Of a stretch of DNA of 64,000 nucleotides, positions 1-13,900 are shown one piece after another. The notes under the pieces are model-generated. The model made no database searches. It worked only from the letters and a program-made list of their open reading frames with translations, and was not told the DNA's origin. How positions within the stretch are numbered: position 1 is the first letter of the stretch; each line of letters opens with the position of its first letter. The stretch comes from Camelus dromedarius (lineage: Eukaryota), in assembly GCF_036321535.1 (NCBI RefSeq), contig NC_087436.1:40054001-40118000 (forward strand), written 5' to 3'. Made by a program: the position numbers and the translations under genes.

Positions 1-669
1 AAATGTTTGAAGTAAACAATGCTTCCATTTCCGGAAAATATCTGCAGGTGGGAGAAACGACATTTTTTGAGGAGTACTTACAAATCCACTGTAACTTGTT
101 TCCCAACCTAACCGGAATTCCATCTGCTCAGCAATATTGTCTCCACACTCACAGTCCTTTGTTTTTCCAACAAAAAAGCTTCTCTGACACACCACTGTAA
201 AATATTTCTAGACCCAAAATGCCCCCTCCAAAGGCACATGCTCCACTGTGATATTTCCAGTGTAAGACATTAGGGGTAATGACTTTATTGCTGTTAGAGA
301 GATGCCTTTTATGTGAGTAATTCTCACTGTGGCTAGATGAGGTCTTACCTTAAAAATGCATATCTGTTTTTCCAAATTAAAAGGTTATCATAGCCTCTTC
401 ATTATGACACTGAAGAGAATGTAAATTAATATATTAACACTATAAACACTATAAAAATCCATCACTGGTTAGGAATACGATTTGGAGGATGATATTTTAG
501 CTCTTTTTATCCAAAATCCTGTTATAATTACAGCTATTATTTACTGAATCTTTTTTTTTTTTTTTTTTGGTTCCCGATATTGAAGAGTTTTTTTTTTCAC
601 ATAACACCCTTTTCACATGTTTATTATAAAAAGCAAATAGAAGCTTAGGCAAAATCCCTTCCTAATGTT

Positions 670-890
670 TCAGAGCTGTGGCAGTATGGTTAGACAGATG
701 ATAATATCAAATTGGCAATCTTGAGCAACTCTCATACTTTGCTGATGGGTGAATAAAATGGTACAACCTCTTGGAAATAATTCACTTTTACCTTCCAAGT
801 CTGTATGTATGTACACCCTATGAAACAGAAATGTTATATGTGGATATAAACTCAAGAGAACTGAATTCACATCATGCAACAAAAGACATA
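670..890 (+). mobile_element. Old L1 (L1M-type) ORF2 3'-end fragment
   Basis: Degenerate L1 motifs 'gagcaactctcatactttgctgatgggtgaataaaatggtacaacctcttggaaa' and 'ggatataaactcaagagaa'. Confidence 0.6.
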
Positions 891-1699
891 TAGTTACTAT
901 TATAATGAGAGCTTTGAAAGGAAGATAAGATGAGGAAAGTCTCTGCTTCAGTCTGACTTTGGCTTCTTAGAGCATTTATTTGTAAGAACCCTCTCTAAGA
1001 GAGTTGGTAGGTAAAATCACAAATGATACCTCAAAAACATGGTACTTGTTTTTGGTGTGGCTGGAGCTTTTAGCACCAGTCATGTATTTATTTAAGGAGT
1101 GATATTTTGTAAATACTAGAAAGCATAAATCAGAATAAGATCTTTAAAATTCAAGCAGTAGGAATGTGCAATCTGATACCTTTTCCAACTTTGTGATTAA
1201 TCATCTCTATGCATGTACATAATAATGCTTGCTAAGGGCAAATACCTTGAATAGCTAGTAAAGCAAAATTTTTACTTTCACAAAATAATTTACAAAATAA
1301 GTTTCTGTAACGTACTTTGATGGAGTCCAAACCTCATATTAAGTTAAACTCTTAAAAAATTATTTTCTTTCATTTGTAAATGTAATTTTTCGAAAAAGGA
1401 TCAAGCAACTTGGATGACATGACTTGAGTTTCATTTTAATGTTGCTTTGATAAGTTATCTGTTTTAATCCAGCATATGTTCTCTTTTCTCTCCATATTTA
1501 TTGAACTGCAACAGAAGTTGGTAATGTATCCAACACCTTTTTCTTCTTTCCCTCCCAATAGACTGCATGTATGTTGCAAATGCATTGTTGATAGGAAATA
1601 TGGCCATGTTCCTCAATTCACAGGTGAAGTGCATAATATAACTTAAATGAATCAGTGCAGTTATATACCCTTTCATCTAATGAGTCCAGTATGAGTAAT

Positions 1700-3780
1700 A
1701 TTTCAGAACTTTTGGTAGTAATAAAGGATACAGATCCTTTCTCTGGACAGTGTCTTGTGCACTTGTAAGGACTAGAAGTACTATGTTTATTTTGCTATGA
1801 TTTGTCATGATCTGAGACTGAATCTCACTATGAAGAGGACAGAGCTAAGGTAGTCTCTTTCTTTCTCTCACACACACACACACACACGAGATGTGAAGTC
1901 TTGATAAACTGAATGCTAAACCTGACACATCTTTTGCCATTTAGTCATGTGGGACAATCATTTCCCTGCATTTTTTGCTAGTTTCATTTGATACCATTAA
2001 ATTTTCAACCAAAGTATATGACTGATACCAAATTTGGTACCAAGAGTGAGGTTTCACAAGTAATGGGCTCTAAAGTATTGGATGGCCTGAGTTTTGTTAG
2101 AAAATGGTAGGTGAGAAATTGAGGATATTAGTTATTTAATTGCTCAACATATGGTTAAACATTTTTTCTTTTACCGTGGATCTCAGATCATGTGCCTCCC
2201 AAGGCTTCCTTATTAGAGGAAAAGAGTCAAAAGATTTCTAATGCTGGAATCTCTACTAAGAGCCATGCTTGCTTTGCAGCTGTTCTCTGAAGGCCGAGAG
2301 AGAAAGTCTTGCTGAGAGTTGCTCTTCTGCTCTTGGTCTAGAATCCAAATTTACTGAGAATCTGATAATTCAGGTACTTAAATGGTCAGACAAGCTTAAT
2401 TTTGTACAGTGAGGTGAAGATAGAGTTAACAGGGAAATGGGAGACTTAGTAGGAGAAAATATGGGGAAATAAGAAATACATTATTCCACTGGTCTCACCC
2501 AAGACCATTATCTTAAGAATTCCCTGCATGATAAAGTAGGTAACAACTTATACTGTGGAAATGAAACCAAAATACAGGCTTAGGACAAGGATATAAATAC
2601 GCATATATTTTACCAACTCAGTCATTACTTCAAATTGCTCCAAGAGGCAGACCTCTTTAAAAAGATCCACTTGAATGATCAGAGCACAGAACATCAATAA
2701 CAGCTACTAGGAGAGAGAATCCTCCAACTCTAGTGCTAGGCTCAAGGTCTGTGATTAAATGTGATTTCTCATTTGCATTACTGGAACATGGAGTTGGGCA
2801 AATACAAATAGACTTAGAGCTAGCTGCGATTCTAAAGATGTATTTATAAATAAACCCAAGTCTGGTAACTAACAATGTATGATTGTTCCTATGTGTATTT
2901 CCTAGGCACCCAAACTTGCACTAACAGAGAGTGGGATGCTCAAAAAATATAGCCTCAGTTGGATGGCCTTTCAAATGCCCATTGCAGTTGCTTACATAGA
3001 TTAAAACTGACAAAGGTTATTCTCAGTATTGGCAAATCAGGGTTCAGGGAGAAAATGAATCAAGGAGGCCGTCACCAAAGTTAGAACCAATACTGCCAAA
3101 TTGGCCATTCAAGGATTCTGTTCTGTTTCTGGAGTGGTAATTGCCTATGACTTCTGTTTGGAGGTGGTATGTGATGGTCATCAGTGACTCCTGTGTGTTG
3201 TTTCCTGTTTTCCTCGTAATCAAATGAGAATTTTTCTTGGACAGTATTAGAGTATATTGGAATTCAACAACTTACCATGTATCCCTAATTTACTAGGTGA
3301 TCAAGAGCTCAGTGCAGAACTGATAGGTCCTTCATCATCCAGAAATCCTGGATGCAGAGATGGTTGTGGTACATTTCAGTTATGGAGGGAGCCAGGAGGT
3401 TTCAAGTGGGTGCTTCTTATTGAGTGTGTGCTGGGGATGCAGACAAAGAGGTGAACCACACTGGCCACCTTTGCTTACTGTCCCAGCATCCATCACTCTT
3501 TCCTCTTCCTGCCTGCTCCTGTCTCCACTGAAGATGCATTTGCTTTGGGAGAGGCTGGCTTCACTGTTGGCTCCAGGGTTTGAGTACGTTATTTGGTTAA
3601 CTATTATAGTGAACCACCTATACTATATAGGTATTGCTGAAACTTTCACAGACCTGGAAGAACCTTTGAAACTTCCCATCTTCTTCAAAGAACTTCTTGT
3701 GTTTTAGCCCCTTTGTTTCCTGTAAATGCTTTTTCCTAATTTGACCTAATAGAAGCCATCTACTCATGAAATACTACTTT
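1700..3780 (+). mobile_element. Decayed MaLR (MLT1-type) provirus: 5' LTR (~1700-2029), internal region (~2030-3455), 3' LTR (~3458-3780)
   Basis: The LTR end and internal start 'actgatacca|aatttggtaccaagagtgaggt' resembles the MLT1-int start. A second LTR-like block follows 'agaggtgaac' and ends in an MLT-like 'ttttcctaatttgacctaatagaagccatctactc'. Outer boundaries are approximate. Confidence 0.6.
1869..1887. repeat. (CA)9 microsatellite
   Basis: Directly visible. Confidence 0.95.
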
Positions 3781-5627
3781 TTAGCACTCTAGAAAAAGTA
3801 TTTAGTAAGAGAGGTCATATTTATTGTTAAAATAAGGTGTTACTAAATGTACACATTATATTCTTTACTGAATGACCACAGATAATCCAAAAGTAGCTAT
3901 AGTAGCGTTACTCTACTTAAATTATTTCCAAGCATCCTTTCTTAATGGGACCTCTAAGGCTAAATTCAAGGCAATGAGAAAATTTTAATAACTTGATTTT
4001 TTTAAATGTTTACAGAATGTGTCTTATGGAAAACAACTGTCAAAGATATTGTCGTGTGAACTCTTTTCTTGTCACGTTCCTTTCAGTGCTGGCTGAGGAT
4101 TTTTAAAAATAGCTATATAATGTAGGATTTATGTGCTCAAGGGAAAAATAAAAAAAGAACTATTTTTGTAATATCATCCCTGAGGGAGAAGTTTTTGTTA
4201 TTTATTGAGCTGCCAGTGATTGGACTCAGTTTACTGTAAAACGTAGGGGTGGACATGGTCCCTGAACCTGGCAAAGTATTTGAGTTTGAGAGATGTTTTA
4301 AATTTTTATTGAATGGTAAAACGTTTCTGTTTCTGATCTCATATGAATCAAATATGCCCTGTGATTTCTTGATGCTTTCTAAGCAGGATTCTGTTTAATT
4401 GTTCAACTTTAGGGATGTATAGCCAATGATTTCTCCTGTGAATCATAATCACACTTGTTAAAAGCGTTCTTGGGGCCCATTCTCATCTCATTTAGCACCT
4501 CCCATGGAACAGATCAGAGCGTGGAGTCTACTTTGCCTTCAAAAGTTCTTCTGCACTTAGATCTTCTCAGTGGGATGCTGAAAACATGCTGAGCATTTGG
4601 TCCTTCAGTTCCCATTACCATGCCTCTGAATTTCAGTTGGCAGATGATGAGACACTAACGTTTACCTCAGTTATATTTGAGGAGGAACTCTCTGAAGTAC
4701 TTGAAAGAAAACTGCCAAGATAAAATCTTCTTGGGAAGAACTTTTTATTTTCCTATTTGCATCCATGAAATCTGGGTGTATACCATGAGATTAATTGTTT
4801 AACAGAGTGAGCCTAATTTCTTTCTCCTCCATTGGAAGGATAGTAGATGGGCATAAAAGCATGACCTGTGAGAAGCTTGGCATGGCTTCATATAGTGTTT
4901 GAGGATATAATTTTACCAAATGAACAATGTGCACCATTGGGCCGACTTCATGCGCAGTGGGTGGGAATTGATCAAGCTGCATCCAAATCTAGCCTTTTTG
5001 TGTGTTGATCCACTCCCCACTGCGTGGCCATAGAGTATGTCCAGGATTGAAGAAAGCCTTAGGGAATCAATGAGAGCATTTGCTTAGCCTATCTTTTTGG
5101 TCTCATGTTTAGATTTGGGAGGCTAAATTATTAACATACTTACGGGATCAGATTCTTTCTTTAGATAATAATTCATAACAATCATTCTCAGTCATTTTGA
5201 GGGTATCAGACAGGTTCAGATTTACATCGAGAGGACTAAATACGGAAAGGTGAATATGTGCAATTTTAAAAGTACTGATTTAAGGCCATTTATTTCTCTC
5301 CATGTCATTTCAGGTTTAAGGGCTGGGAAAAAACAAAACAAAACCAAACCCTCCAACAGCGAGACTGCAATTGTCACTTCTGTTCTTTATGAAATAGCAC
5401 ATGCTTACTATTTTATGGCTTCCTGTACCTGCTTCTTCATCTGGCTTCCAGGGATGTGGTTCATGAGGCTGGGACAGTTAGCTTCATATTGTTAAGGACG
5501 CTGAGGATTCTAAGCTCTGAAACATAGGCAAAGTACAAAGATTTGGGGTTAAAGTGAAGAATTGATGATCTATTCAGAGAGCAAACACTACTAGAAAATC
5601 AGTTAAGTACTGATAGTGAATAAAAAC

Positions 5628-5931
5628 AAGTTTGACATCCTATCTATAATTCAGAATCCAAAAATCTCTGAAAAATGAGGTAGGTTTTTTATTTTTCTTA
5701 GATGTGTGTGATAAACTCACATGACGGCAAAATCTGAGCAGAATTGATTTGAAGATATGCGCTGTCTTTGTTTATGCTACTTATCCTCAGTGCAGAAATA
5801 TTAGTATGTTAATGAGGTACTTCCATAGATAATTCTGAGAATGTTAAATAATGTTCTTGCATTTTTTTTCCTTTACAAAATCTGAGAAAAACCTGTTTCC
5901 TGATATCTATCTGGCACCAAGTGTAGACCTG
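5628..5931 (+). mobile_element. TcMar-Tigger non-autonomous fossil (MamRep434-like)
   Basis: Motifs 'aattcagaatccaaaaatctctgaaaa', 'aaactcacatgacggcaaaatctga', 'tgcagaaatattagtatgtt' and terminal 'atctggcaccaag...tagacctg'. Confidence 0.6.
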
Positions 5932-6509
5932 TTATTCATCTCTGTGTACTAAAATAGGGCATTAATAAATGCCAATGTATTTGAAAATTTCACACTGAAT
6001 CGTACATCTAGATTTTTTAAATAATTTTAAAAAATGCATCCCTTGCTCTTACCTTCTCTTTTCCTGACATGAGAAAGGGCCAACCAGATGGCATTATCTG
6101 CTTAAGAAGAGGAGCCTCAATGTAGCCTTGAAAATAGTCCCTTGAGAAGTCATGTCTGCTGGGCAAAGACAACCTGAAATAGTGGAGAAATTGTCAGATT
6201 TAGTCATAAACCATCCGCTTTTAATATTGTATACTTTTAACTGTCACTTAGATTTTATGACACTCAGTATTCACACTTGAAAATGTGAGGTAATTCATGT
6301 CACAGATGAGATGATTGAGAAAATTAAAGTCAAATTATAAAATGTATGTAAAATGCTTAGGCAATTTCTGTCTTACACACGTTTATAATCACCTCAGAGG
6401 GAGGTGGAAGACACATTAAAAATATCTGAGAACATTTTCATTATTTTTCAAAGATATTTTCATCAGTAATTAAGATAAATTAGATTAGAACTCCGATAGT
6501 TCTCCCTTG

Positions 6510-6780
6510 CAGTAATAATTATAATTGTGTATGCCTGTGTATCATAGTGTGCTATTCTAAGCACAGTGTATGTGTGTGCCTGTGTGTATACTGGCTATTA
6601 AATTTTCCTAGCCTCTTTGAGACAAGTAGTATTGTTATCCTATTGCTTTATTGCAAATGAGGAATTGGAGGCACAGAGAGGTTAAGTGACTTATCCAAGG
6701 TCACATGGGTAGTAAAAAGCAGAGCCATGATTTGAATCCTGACAGCCTGAGCTCATAATATTCATATCATGCTATATACA
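6510..6780 (-). mobile_element. MIR SINE
   Basis: Core 'aatgaggaattggaggcacagagaggttaagtgacttatccaaggtcaca' and 'gatttgaatcc'. Confidence 0.85.
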
Positions 6781-8304
6781 CTATGCTATAATAGTTCTCA
6801 CTGAAAGTCAATCATATGTGAAAGTCTTTTATGACAGCAGTGACAAAACATAAATTGAAAATAGTTCCCCTGGTGACAGAATAATTCATCAGTGAGAAGC
6901 TATTGTCCATTCAGTGATTGTACTTTGCTATATTGAATGGCCATTGCAAGGGTGAAGAGAACTAATTATTAGTTCATGGAAAGAAGATCAAAGTCCATAG
7001 TTTGCTATGTGGATCAAAATGAATTGTTTTTGACTTTTGTAGATAAAATTCGCATATCTTATATTTCACTTATCTGGTTTTGGATGTAATCTTTCTGAAA
7101 CACAAATCTCAGAAAGTTGGCTTCTCTTGTAAATGATAATGTCTTTCTAAATTAAAATTCTGGATTTGTTATCTCATATCTCTTTGAACTTGAGACAATC
7201 ACTTAGCTTTCTTGCATCTCTTAAAATCACAATTAGTGATGGAGTTAGGGTTTGAAGTCTGTATAGGATTACAAAAGTTGTAAATGATTCAAAAGATAAA
7301 GCATATATACCGTTTAGAGTCCCTACTTGTTTTATTTTCATTGTGTCTCTGCAGACAATGAACTGAAAAAATATTTAGCCATTTTGTGTGATTATTTTTA
7401 CAACACTTAATGACATGCTGTGATCAGCAGACAGTGCTGCCTGCGTTTTCCAGAGCAGCCAAACAACTACATATGAGATTTGATCACAAAAAGCTTTCTT
7501 GATTTAAAGAAAGTACTGCAAATTGTTCTATAACATGAATATCCTGTGTCTTAAAATGCTGCTCATGTCATTCCATTCCTTTTAAGACTCTGCTGTACTA
7601 TCTTTTCTTTTGTTTCCCTGGCTGTTCCTCAGCTCATGGCTCTGTCAGCTGGATTGTTGTGTGTTATTTGAGGTTAATTAAAACCAATGATAAATTATAA
7701 ATTGAGGTGAAAAATCAGGGCAGCAATGAATGAGGAAAATTTCACACTAGTTAAATGCAGCCTATGGGACACCAAACATATTGGATATTGTCAAAGATAG
7801 AAGCAGATCCTTGTGGGAAGTGTTAAGAATTTTTATAGTGAAGTTGACACTTACTTTTTGGTTCTCATTATATTCTCAAATGTAAAATTCAGAAATCATA
7901 TTTACAAACATAGATACAATACTCGATTATTACAGTTATTTAAGGGAGCACATAAAGTAAAATAAGAAATAATAGCATAACTCTGCAATTGGCAAGTGTG
8001 TTTATTATCAGTTTGAATATTAGTTTAGCAATATTCAAAAATATTGAACTGTGTACCTTTTCCTTAGATTTCACTTCTTTCACGTATCATTTAAATACAA
8101 AATAAAAACACTAATTTTCTGGAATTATGATGCTTGATTTCAGCTGGATTTTTTTTGAAGGATTATAAGAGGTACATAACAGTATTTCAATATTTTTGAT
8201 ACTTATATGTTTATTATTTTATGTAACTTGTATCATGGGATTCTCTACAGGTTCAACTCTGCACCTGTGGTTAAAAATAATTGTAAGAATTCAGTGCTTC
8301 AAAT

Positions 8305-8496
8305 GCTAAGCTTCCCAATATGGTAGCCACAAGCCACAAGTCAAATTAATAAAATTAAAATTTTAAAAATTAATTTTCTCTCACACAGTAATCATATGTC
8401 AAGTAACACATAGTCACACATGGCTAGTGGCTAGTGTTTTGGAGAGTGCAGGGGCAGAACACATCTATAATGGCAGAAGGTTCTGTGGGACTGTGA
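8305..8496 (+). mobile_element. MER3-like hAT-Charlie MITE
   Basis: 'caatatggtagccacaagccaca...cacatggctagtggctagtgttttggagagtgcag...agaacacatctataatggcagaaggttctgtgggac' follows the MER3 layout. Confidence 0.8.
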
Positions 8497-8584
8497 ACTT
8501 AATTCATAACAATTGTGCATGACTTTGTAAATACTGTATTGAATTATTTGGTTTATGTAATTTCATATTTATTGTTGAAAATAA

Positions 8585-10940
8585 TCCATATCTTGGCATT
8601 GTAAATAATGCTACTCTGAACTTTGGGGTGTATGTATCTTTTTGAATGAGTGGTTTCATTTTCATTGAATATATACCTGGCAGTGGAATTGCTGGATCAT
8701 ATGATAATTCAATTTGTAGTTTTTTTGAGGAGTCTCCATACTATCTTCCATAGTAGCTGTACCGGTTTACATTCTCAGCAGGGTACAAAGATTCCCTTTT
8801 CTCCAGGTCCTTGTCAACATTTGTTATTTATGTTTCTTTCTTTGTTTTTTTTTTTTTTTTTTTTTTTGATGACAGCCATTCTGGCAGGTGTGAGGTGATA
8901 TCTCATTGTAGTTTTGGTTCCCATTTCTCTGATGATTAACAGTGTTGAACATCTTTTCATGTGCTTATTGGCCATTATTTAATCCATGTTGAGTTTATTT
9001 TTGTATGTGGTGTAAGACAATGTCCGAATTTCATTCTTTTACATGTAGCTGTCCAGTTTTCCCAGCACCACTTATTGAAGAGACTTTCTTTTCTCCATTG
9101 TATATTCTTGCCTCCTTTGTCATAGATTAATTACCATAAGTGCCTGGGTTTACTCCTGGGCTTTTTATTCTGTTCGATTGATCTATGTGTCTGTTTTTGT
9201 GCCAGTACTATACTGTTTTGATTATTGCAGCTTAGTAGTATAGTCTGAAGTTAGGAATTGTGATATCTCGAGCTCTGTTCTTTCTCAAGATTACTTTGGA
9301 TATTTGAATTTTTTTGTGTTTCCATACAAATTTGAGAATTATTTATCCTAGTTCTATGAAAAATGCCATTGGCATTTTGATAGGGATTGCTTTAAATATA
9401 TAGATTGCCCTGCATAATATGGTCATTTTAACAATATTAATTCTTCCAACCTATAATTCTTTATATTTGTGTCATCTTCAATTTATTTCATCAAATGTCT
9501 TACAGTTTTCTGAATACAGGTCTTTTACCTCTTTAATTACATTTATTCCCAGGTATTTTATTATTTTTGCTGTGATGGTAAATGGGATTGTTTTCTTAAT
9601 TTCTCTTTCTCATAGTTCATTGTTAGTGTATAAAAATTCAACAGATTTCTGTATGTTAATTTTGTATCCTGCAACTTTACTGAAATTAGTAATGAGCTCT
9701 AATAGTTTTTAGTGGCATCTTTAGGATTTTCTATGTGTAGTGTCATATCATATGCAAACAGTGACAGTTTTACTTTTTCCTTCCAACTTGGATTCCTTTT
9801 ATTTCTTTTTCTTCTCTAACTGCTGTGACTAGAACATCTCATACTATGTTAAATAGAATTGTGGAAAGTGGGCATCCTTGTTCCTGATTTTAAAGGAAAG
9901 GCTTTCAACTTTTCATTGTTGAGTGTGATGTTAGCTGTGGGCTTACTATATAATGGCCTTTTTAATATTGAGGTGTGTTCTCTTTATACCAACTCTTTGG
10001 ATAGCTTTTTTAAATCATGCATATTGAATTTTGTCAAGATCTTCCTGCATCTATTGAGATGATCATGTGATTTTTATTCTTTAGTTTATTAATATGGTAT
10101 GTTATAATGATGGATTTGTGGATATTGAACCATCTTTGCATCCCTGGAATAAATCCCACTTGGTTACGGTGTGTGATTCTTTTAATGTATTGTTGAATTT
10201 GTTTACTCATAGTTTGTTGAGTACTTTTACATATATGTTCATCAATAATACTGGCCTATAATTAAAAAAAAAAATCTTTGTCTAGTTTTGGTATCAGAGT
10301 GATGCTAGCCTCATAGAATGAATTCTAAAGCATTCCTTCCTGTGTAATTTTTGGAATAGTTTGAGAAGAGTAAGTGTTAACTCTTCTCCAAATGTTTGGT
10401 AGAATTTGCCTGTGATGCCTTCTGGTCCTGGACTTCTGTTTGTTCAGAGTTTTTCAAGAACCAGCTTTTAATTTTATGGATCTTTTGTATTGTTTTTTTT
10501 TTTAAGTCTCTATTTCATTTATTTCTACCCTGATCTTTATGGTTTCTTTCCTTCTACTAAATTTAAATTCTGTTTGTTCTTTTTCTAGTTTCTTCAGGTA
10601 TAAGATTAGCTTGTTTATTTGAAGTTTTCCTGAGTTAGACTTATATCACTATAAACTTCCCTCTTAGAACTCCTTTTGCTGCATCCCATAGATTTTGGAT
10701 AGTTGTGTTTTTGTTTTCACTTATTTCCAGTATTTTTAAAATTTCTTCTTTGATTTCTTCAGTGAGCCATTGGCTGTTTAGTAGTATATTGTTTAACTTC
10801 CACATTTGTGTTTTTTTTCCAGTTTTTCTGTAGTTGATTTATAGTCTTAAGAGTTGTGGTCAAAAAAGACATGTGATAGGATTTCAGTTTTCTTAAATTT
10901 ACCAAGACTTGTTTTGTGTTTTTTGTCATCCATGTGATCT
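8585..10940 (-). mobile_element. L1 ORF2 fragment, decayed, with two internal deletions (~8977 and ~10455)
   Basis: Continuous antisense L1 ORF2 sequence (e.g. 'gtccagttttcccagcaccacttattgaagagact'). Two segments present in the 36.2-42.4 kb copy are missing here. Confidence 0.92.
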
Positions 10941-13900
10941 TACCCTTATATTTCACCAAATTCCATTCTTACTGTATCTCCACTCAGTGGGTGATGTGAT
11001 AGCTAACGGTTACCTTGTCCATCCACAAATGCTTAGTAGGAGATTTGTCAGTTGTGAAATTTTTTTTGACAGGTAAAATATACAATTGTATAATAGGGAT
11101 GGTGTCTATTCGTCATCTATATGGCAAGAAATATATTTGTATTACTTCATTTTTCGTTTACAATAATCATAGTTTCCATTAGAAAAAAATAAACCAGTGT
11201 TCTTAAAGGACACGTGAGTTGCTAAAAATCACAAAATATAAGTACAGGCATTCTGATTCATCTCTCTGATTCTTGAGAGGGGTTAATTCCACTGCACCAC
11301 ACTACCTCCAACTTACAGACTGATCCTTCCAAACATATCCTTAAAAATACATCCTTATTTTGCTTGATTATAGCACATATCTTTGTTGATGTATGGTTTG
11401 TGAATTTTAGTTTTTTTCATGGCAAATGTCATTAAAATTCTTTTTTTAAAAGTCTTTTTTGTGTGTGTGGTATATCATGAGTGCTTGAACCTTAGAAACC
11501 ATAAAGAGTCTGCCATCATCACTAGAGAAGCCATTTTATGTTTTCTTCTTCCCATTTGAAGTAAGAAAAACATTGTATACAAGTTTATAATGTGTTTCTA
11601 TATTTTGCAGTCAAAGCTTGTGCCTATAATACATACAGCCTGAGTATTCTAGATTAAAGTTGCACATATCTTTATGAAGATCTGTATTTAAAATTCCTTC
11701 AAGCAGCCTATAACTTTCAAATGTGTAGATTTTAAAACTAAAATTTGCAAATTTGGGACTATAATGCAGTTTACAAGTATTCTAGGTAATAAGGGATAAA
11801 TAAGATTTTTCTATAGGGCTAACTCAGAGGGTACTAAGTATTTAGCTTGATGTTAACAGTTACATTTGAACCTGAAAGAGAATAATAGTATAAAATGTAT
11901 TTAAGTGCAATTTGGAAGCCTTTCTAAACCTAGATTTTGTTTATTAACATTTGTGTAGATAAATGTTACACAAAGTATTGATATGAAGGATTGAAGGATT
12001 GAAAAGAAGTCTATCCTTTTAAGGGATGGGATCCATACCATGCATTTTTAAAAGCATCTTCATGAAATAACTGAAATAGAAGGATGAGCATTTCCAAATC
12101 ACCTTTCATTCGGTTACACTAACTTAAAAATAACTGGCTTGACAAGCCTTGATATTAATTTCATCTTTGCATACTGTCAAATTTACACTTATTCCATTGG
12201 TATAATCAGAATAGGAAAACAAGCAAACAAAGAATCTTCACAACATGACCAGAACTATGTTTATGTGCTCGTATAAGTCACTCTTTGTTACTTCATTCCA
12301 AATTGATGTTTCTTTCATGATTAATTCTGCAAATAAACCCGCATTACTCATTTAACTGTAAGGTTAGATATACTTTTCTCTGTTTTACAGTGTATTATTT
12401 ATTCAAACTCCCCCTTTGCTATGGTCATTAAGTTAAGCCCGGTCACTTCATTTTTCATGTAGTAATTTGACTTGTTTTAGTTTCTATCCTCCATCATCAA
12501 TGATCCATCCTGAAAAATGTAGAGATATCAGTCTTCCTAAAAAAAAATACCAATTTTACTCACCTGCTAAAAGTCTTAGAAAGGTTCTGGAAACAAATGT
12601 GTAGTGTATCCCAAATGCAGGAAATGGTATAGACATTTTAAAGACAACTGTACTGGATGGTAGGTGGGCTATGACTGCCTGGAAATCTGGTTCTCAGATC
12701 ACTTTTTCTTCCATTCTTTCCACAGGGATGTTAGCTGAGTGTACCACAGGGTCACTGAAATAGTGAATAGTATACTCCAAAGATAGTGGCATCAGGACAG
12801 GTTCCTTTCTTTGAAGGGTTCTTTTCAAATCAGATGCTTGTGAGTTAGTCACTTCTGTCAGGTCTTCATCCATTCAGAAGATGATTCTTGAAAACACTGA
12901 AAATACCCTCTGGAGGTTTCTATCTTACTATATTTGAACACATAATTCTACTGCTGGGACCTGATTCTTCTGAGCTGAAAATAAATTATGGGTTGAAATA
13001 ATTTGACCAAATGTTTCCTAGCATTGGAGAAGAAAAGCAACAAACTATACAAAAAACTTCAAGAGAAAATCGTTTCAATGACTTGTTAGATTCAAAGAAT
13101 GAAGCCGTTATGCCTTAAGCTAACAGTTAAGGCCTTTCACTGTCTGCCCATAAATTGTTTTCTTCACTCCTACAATCCTATTACCCAAAGCCAAATTCCA
13201 TCCATACTAATTCTCCAAATGTGCATTGCTCACCATATCTGAGACTGTTCACTCTAACAAAGCAATTGATGTTTGCTTAAACAGAGTTTCAGCCTAAAGT
13301 GCATTTCATTTCTGTAGCCTATAGCCTTAAAAAAAGGAAGGTGCTTTAATGGAAATGCCATTCTTCTCTGCACCTTCTATAAAAAATCTCAGCCCAGAGA
13401 TACATCTGCTTGCTCATGTGGCCTATGAAAGTTACTGAGCATCTTTCTGACTTAGCACTTATTGCTTCTTATCTTTTATTATTAGTTATCTTTCCATAAG
13501 TTTATGTATTCTTTCCCCATTTAGAGTGTAAACTCGATAAAAACTGCACTGTGTGCTGCTGTGAATGCTTAACAAACACTAGAACAGCTCTTAATACAAA
13601 GTAAATATGTAGGCAATCATATAAAACTATCCTTCGTTAATTATGTTTGTGATATGGCTATCACTGTAAACTAATCAAAAGTTTTCTAATATGTTATATA
13701 ATGAACAACCGTATCATAAACATTCCATTTTTTGGTAAATATAAACATGGGACACTATTGATTTAGTGGTATATAAGACATTTGGGAAACTGATTGTCGG
13801 ACAAATTGGTATTTTAGCCCAGTTTTATAGGGCTGAGAATATTTTGTTATCTATATAAAATTTACATCTAAAAATATAGTCATGTGCACAGGTCTTTAGT

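Noticed and set aside
8970..10460. L1 internal deletions as spliced-out introns
   Set aside because: The junctions do not show GT...AG boundaries on the L1 sense strand; ordinary deletion is sufficient.
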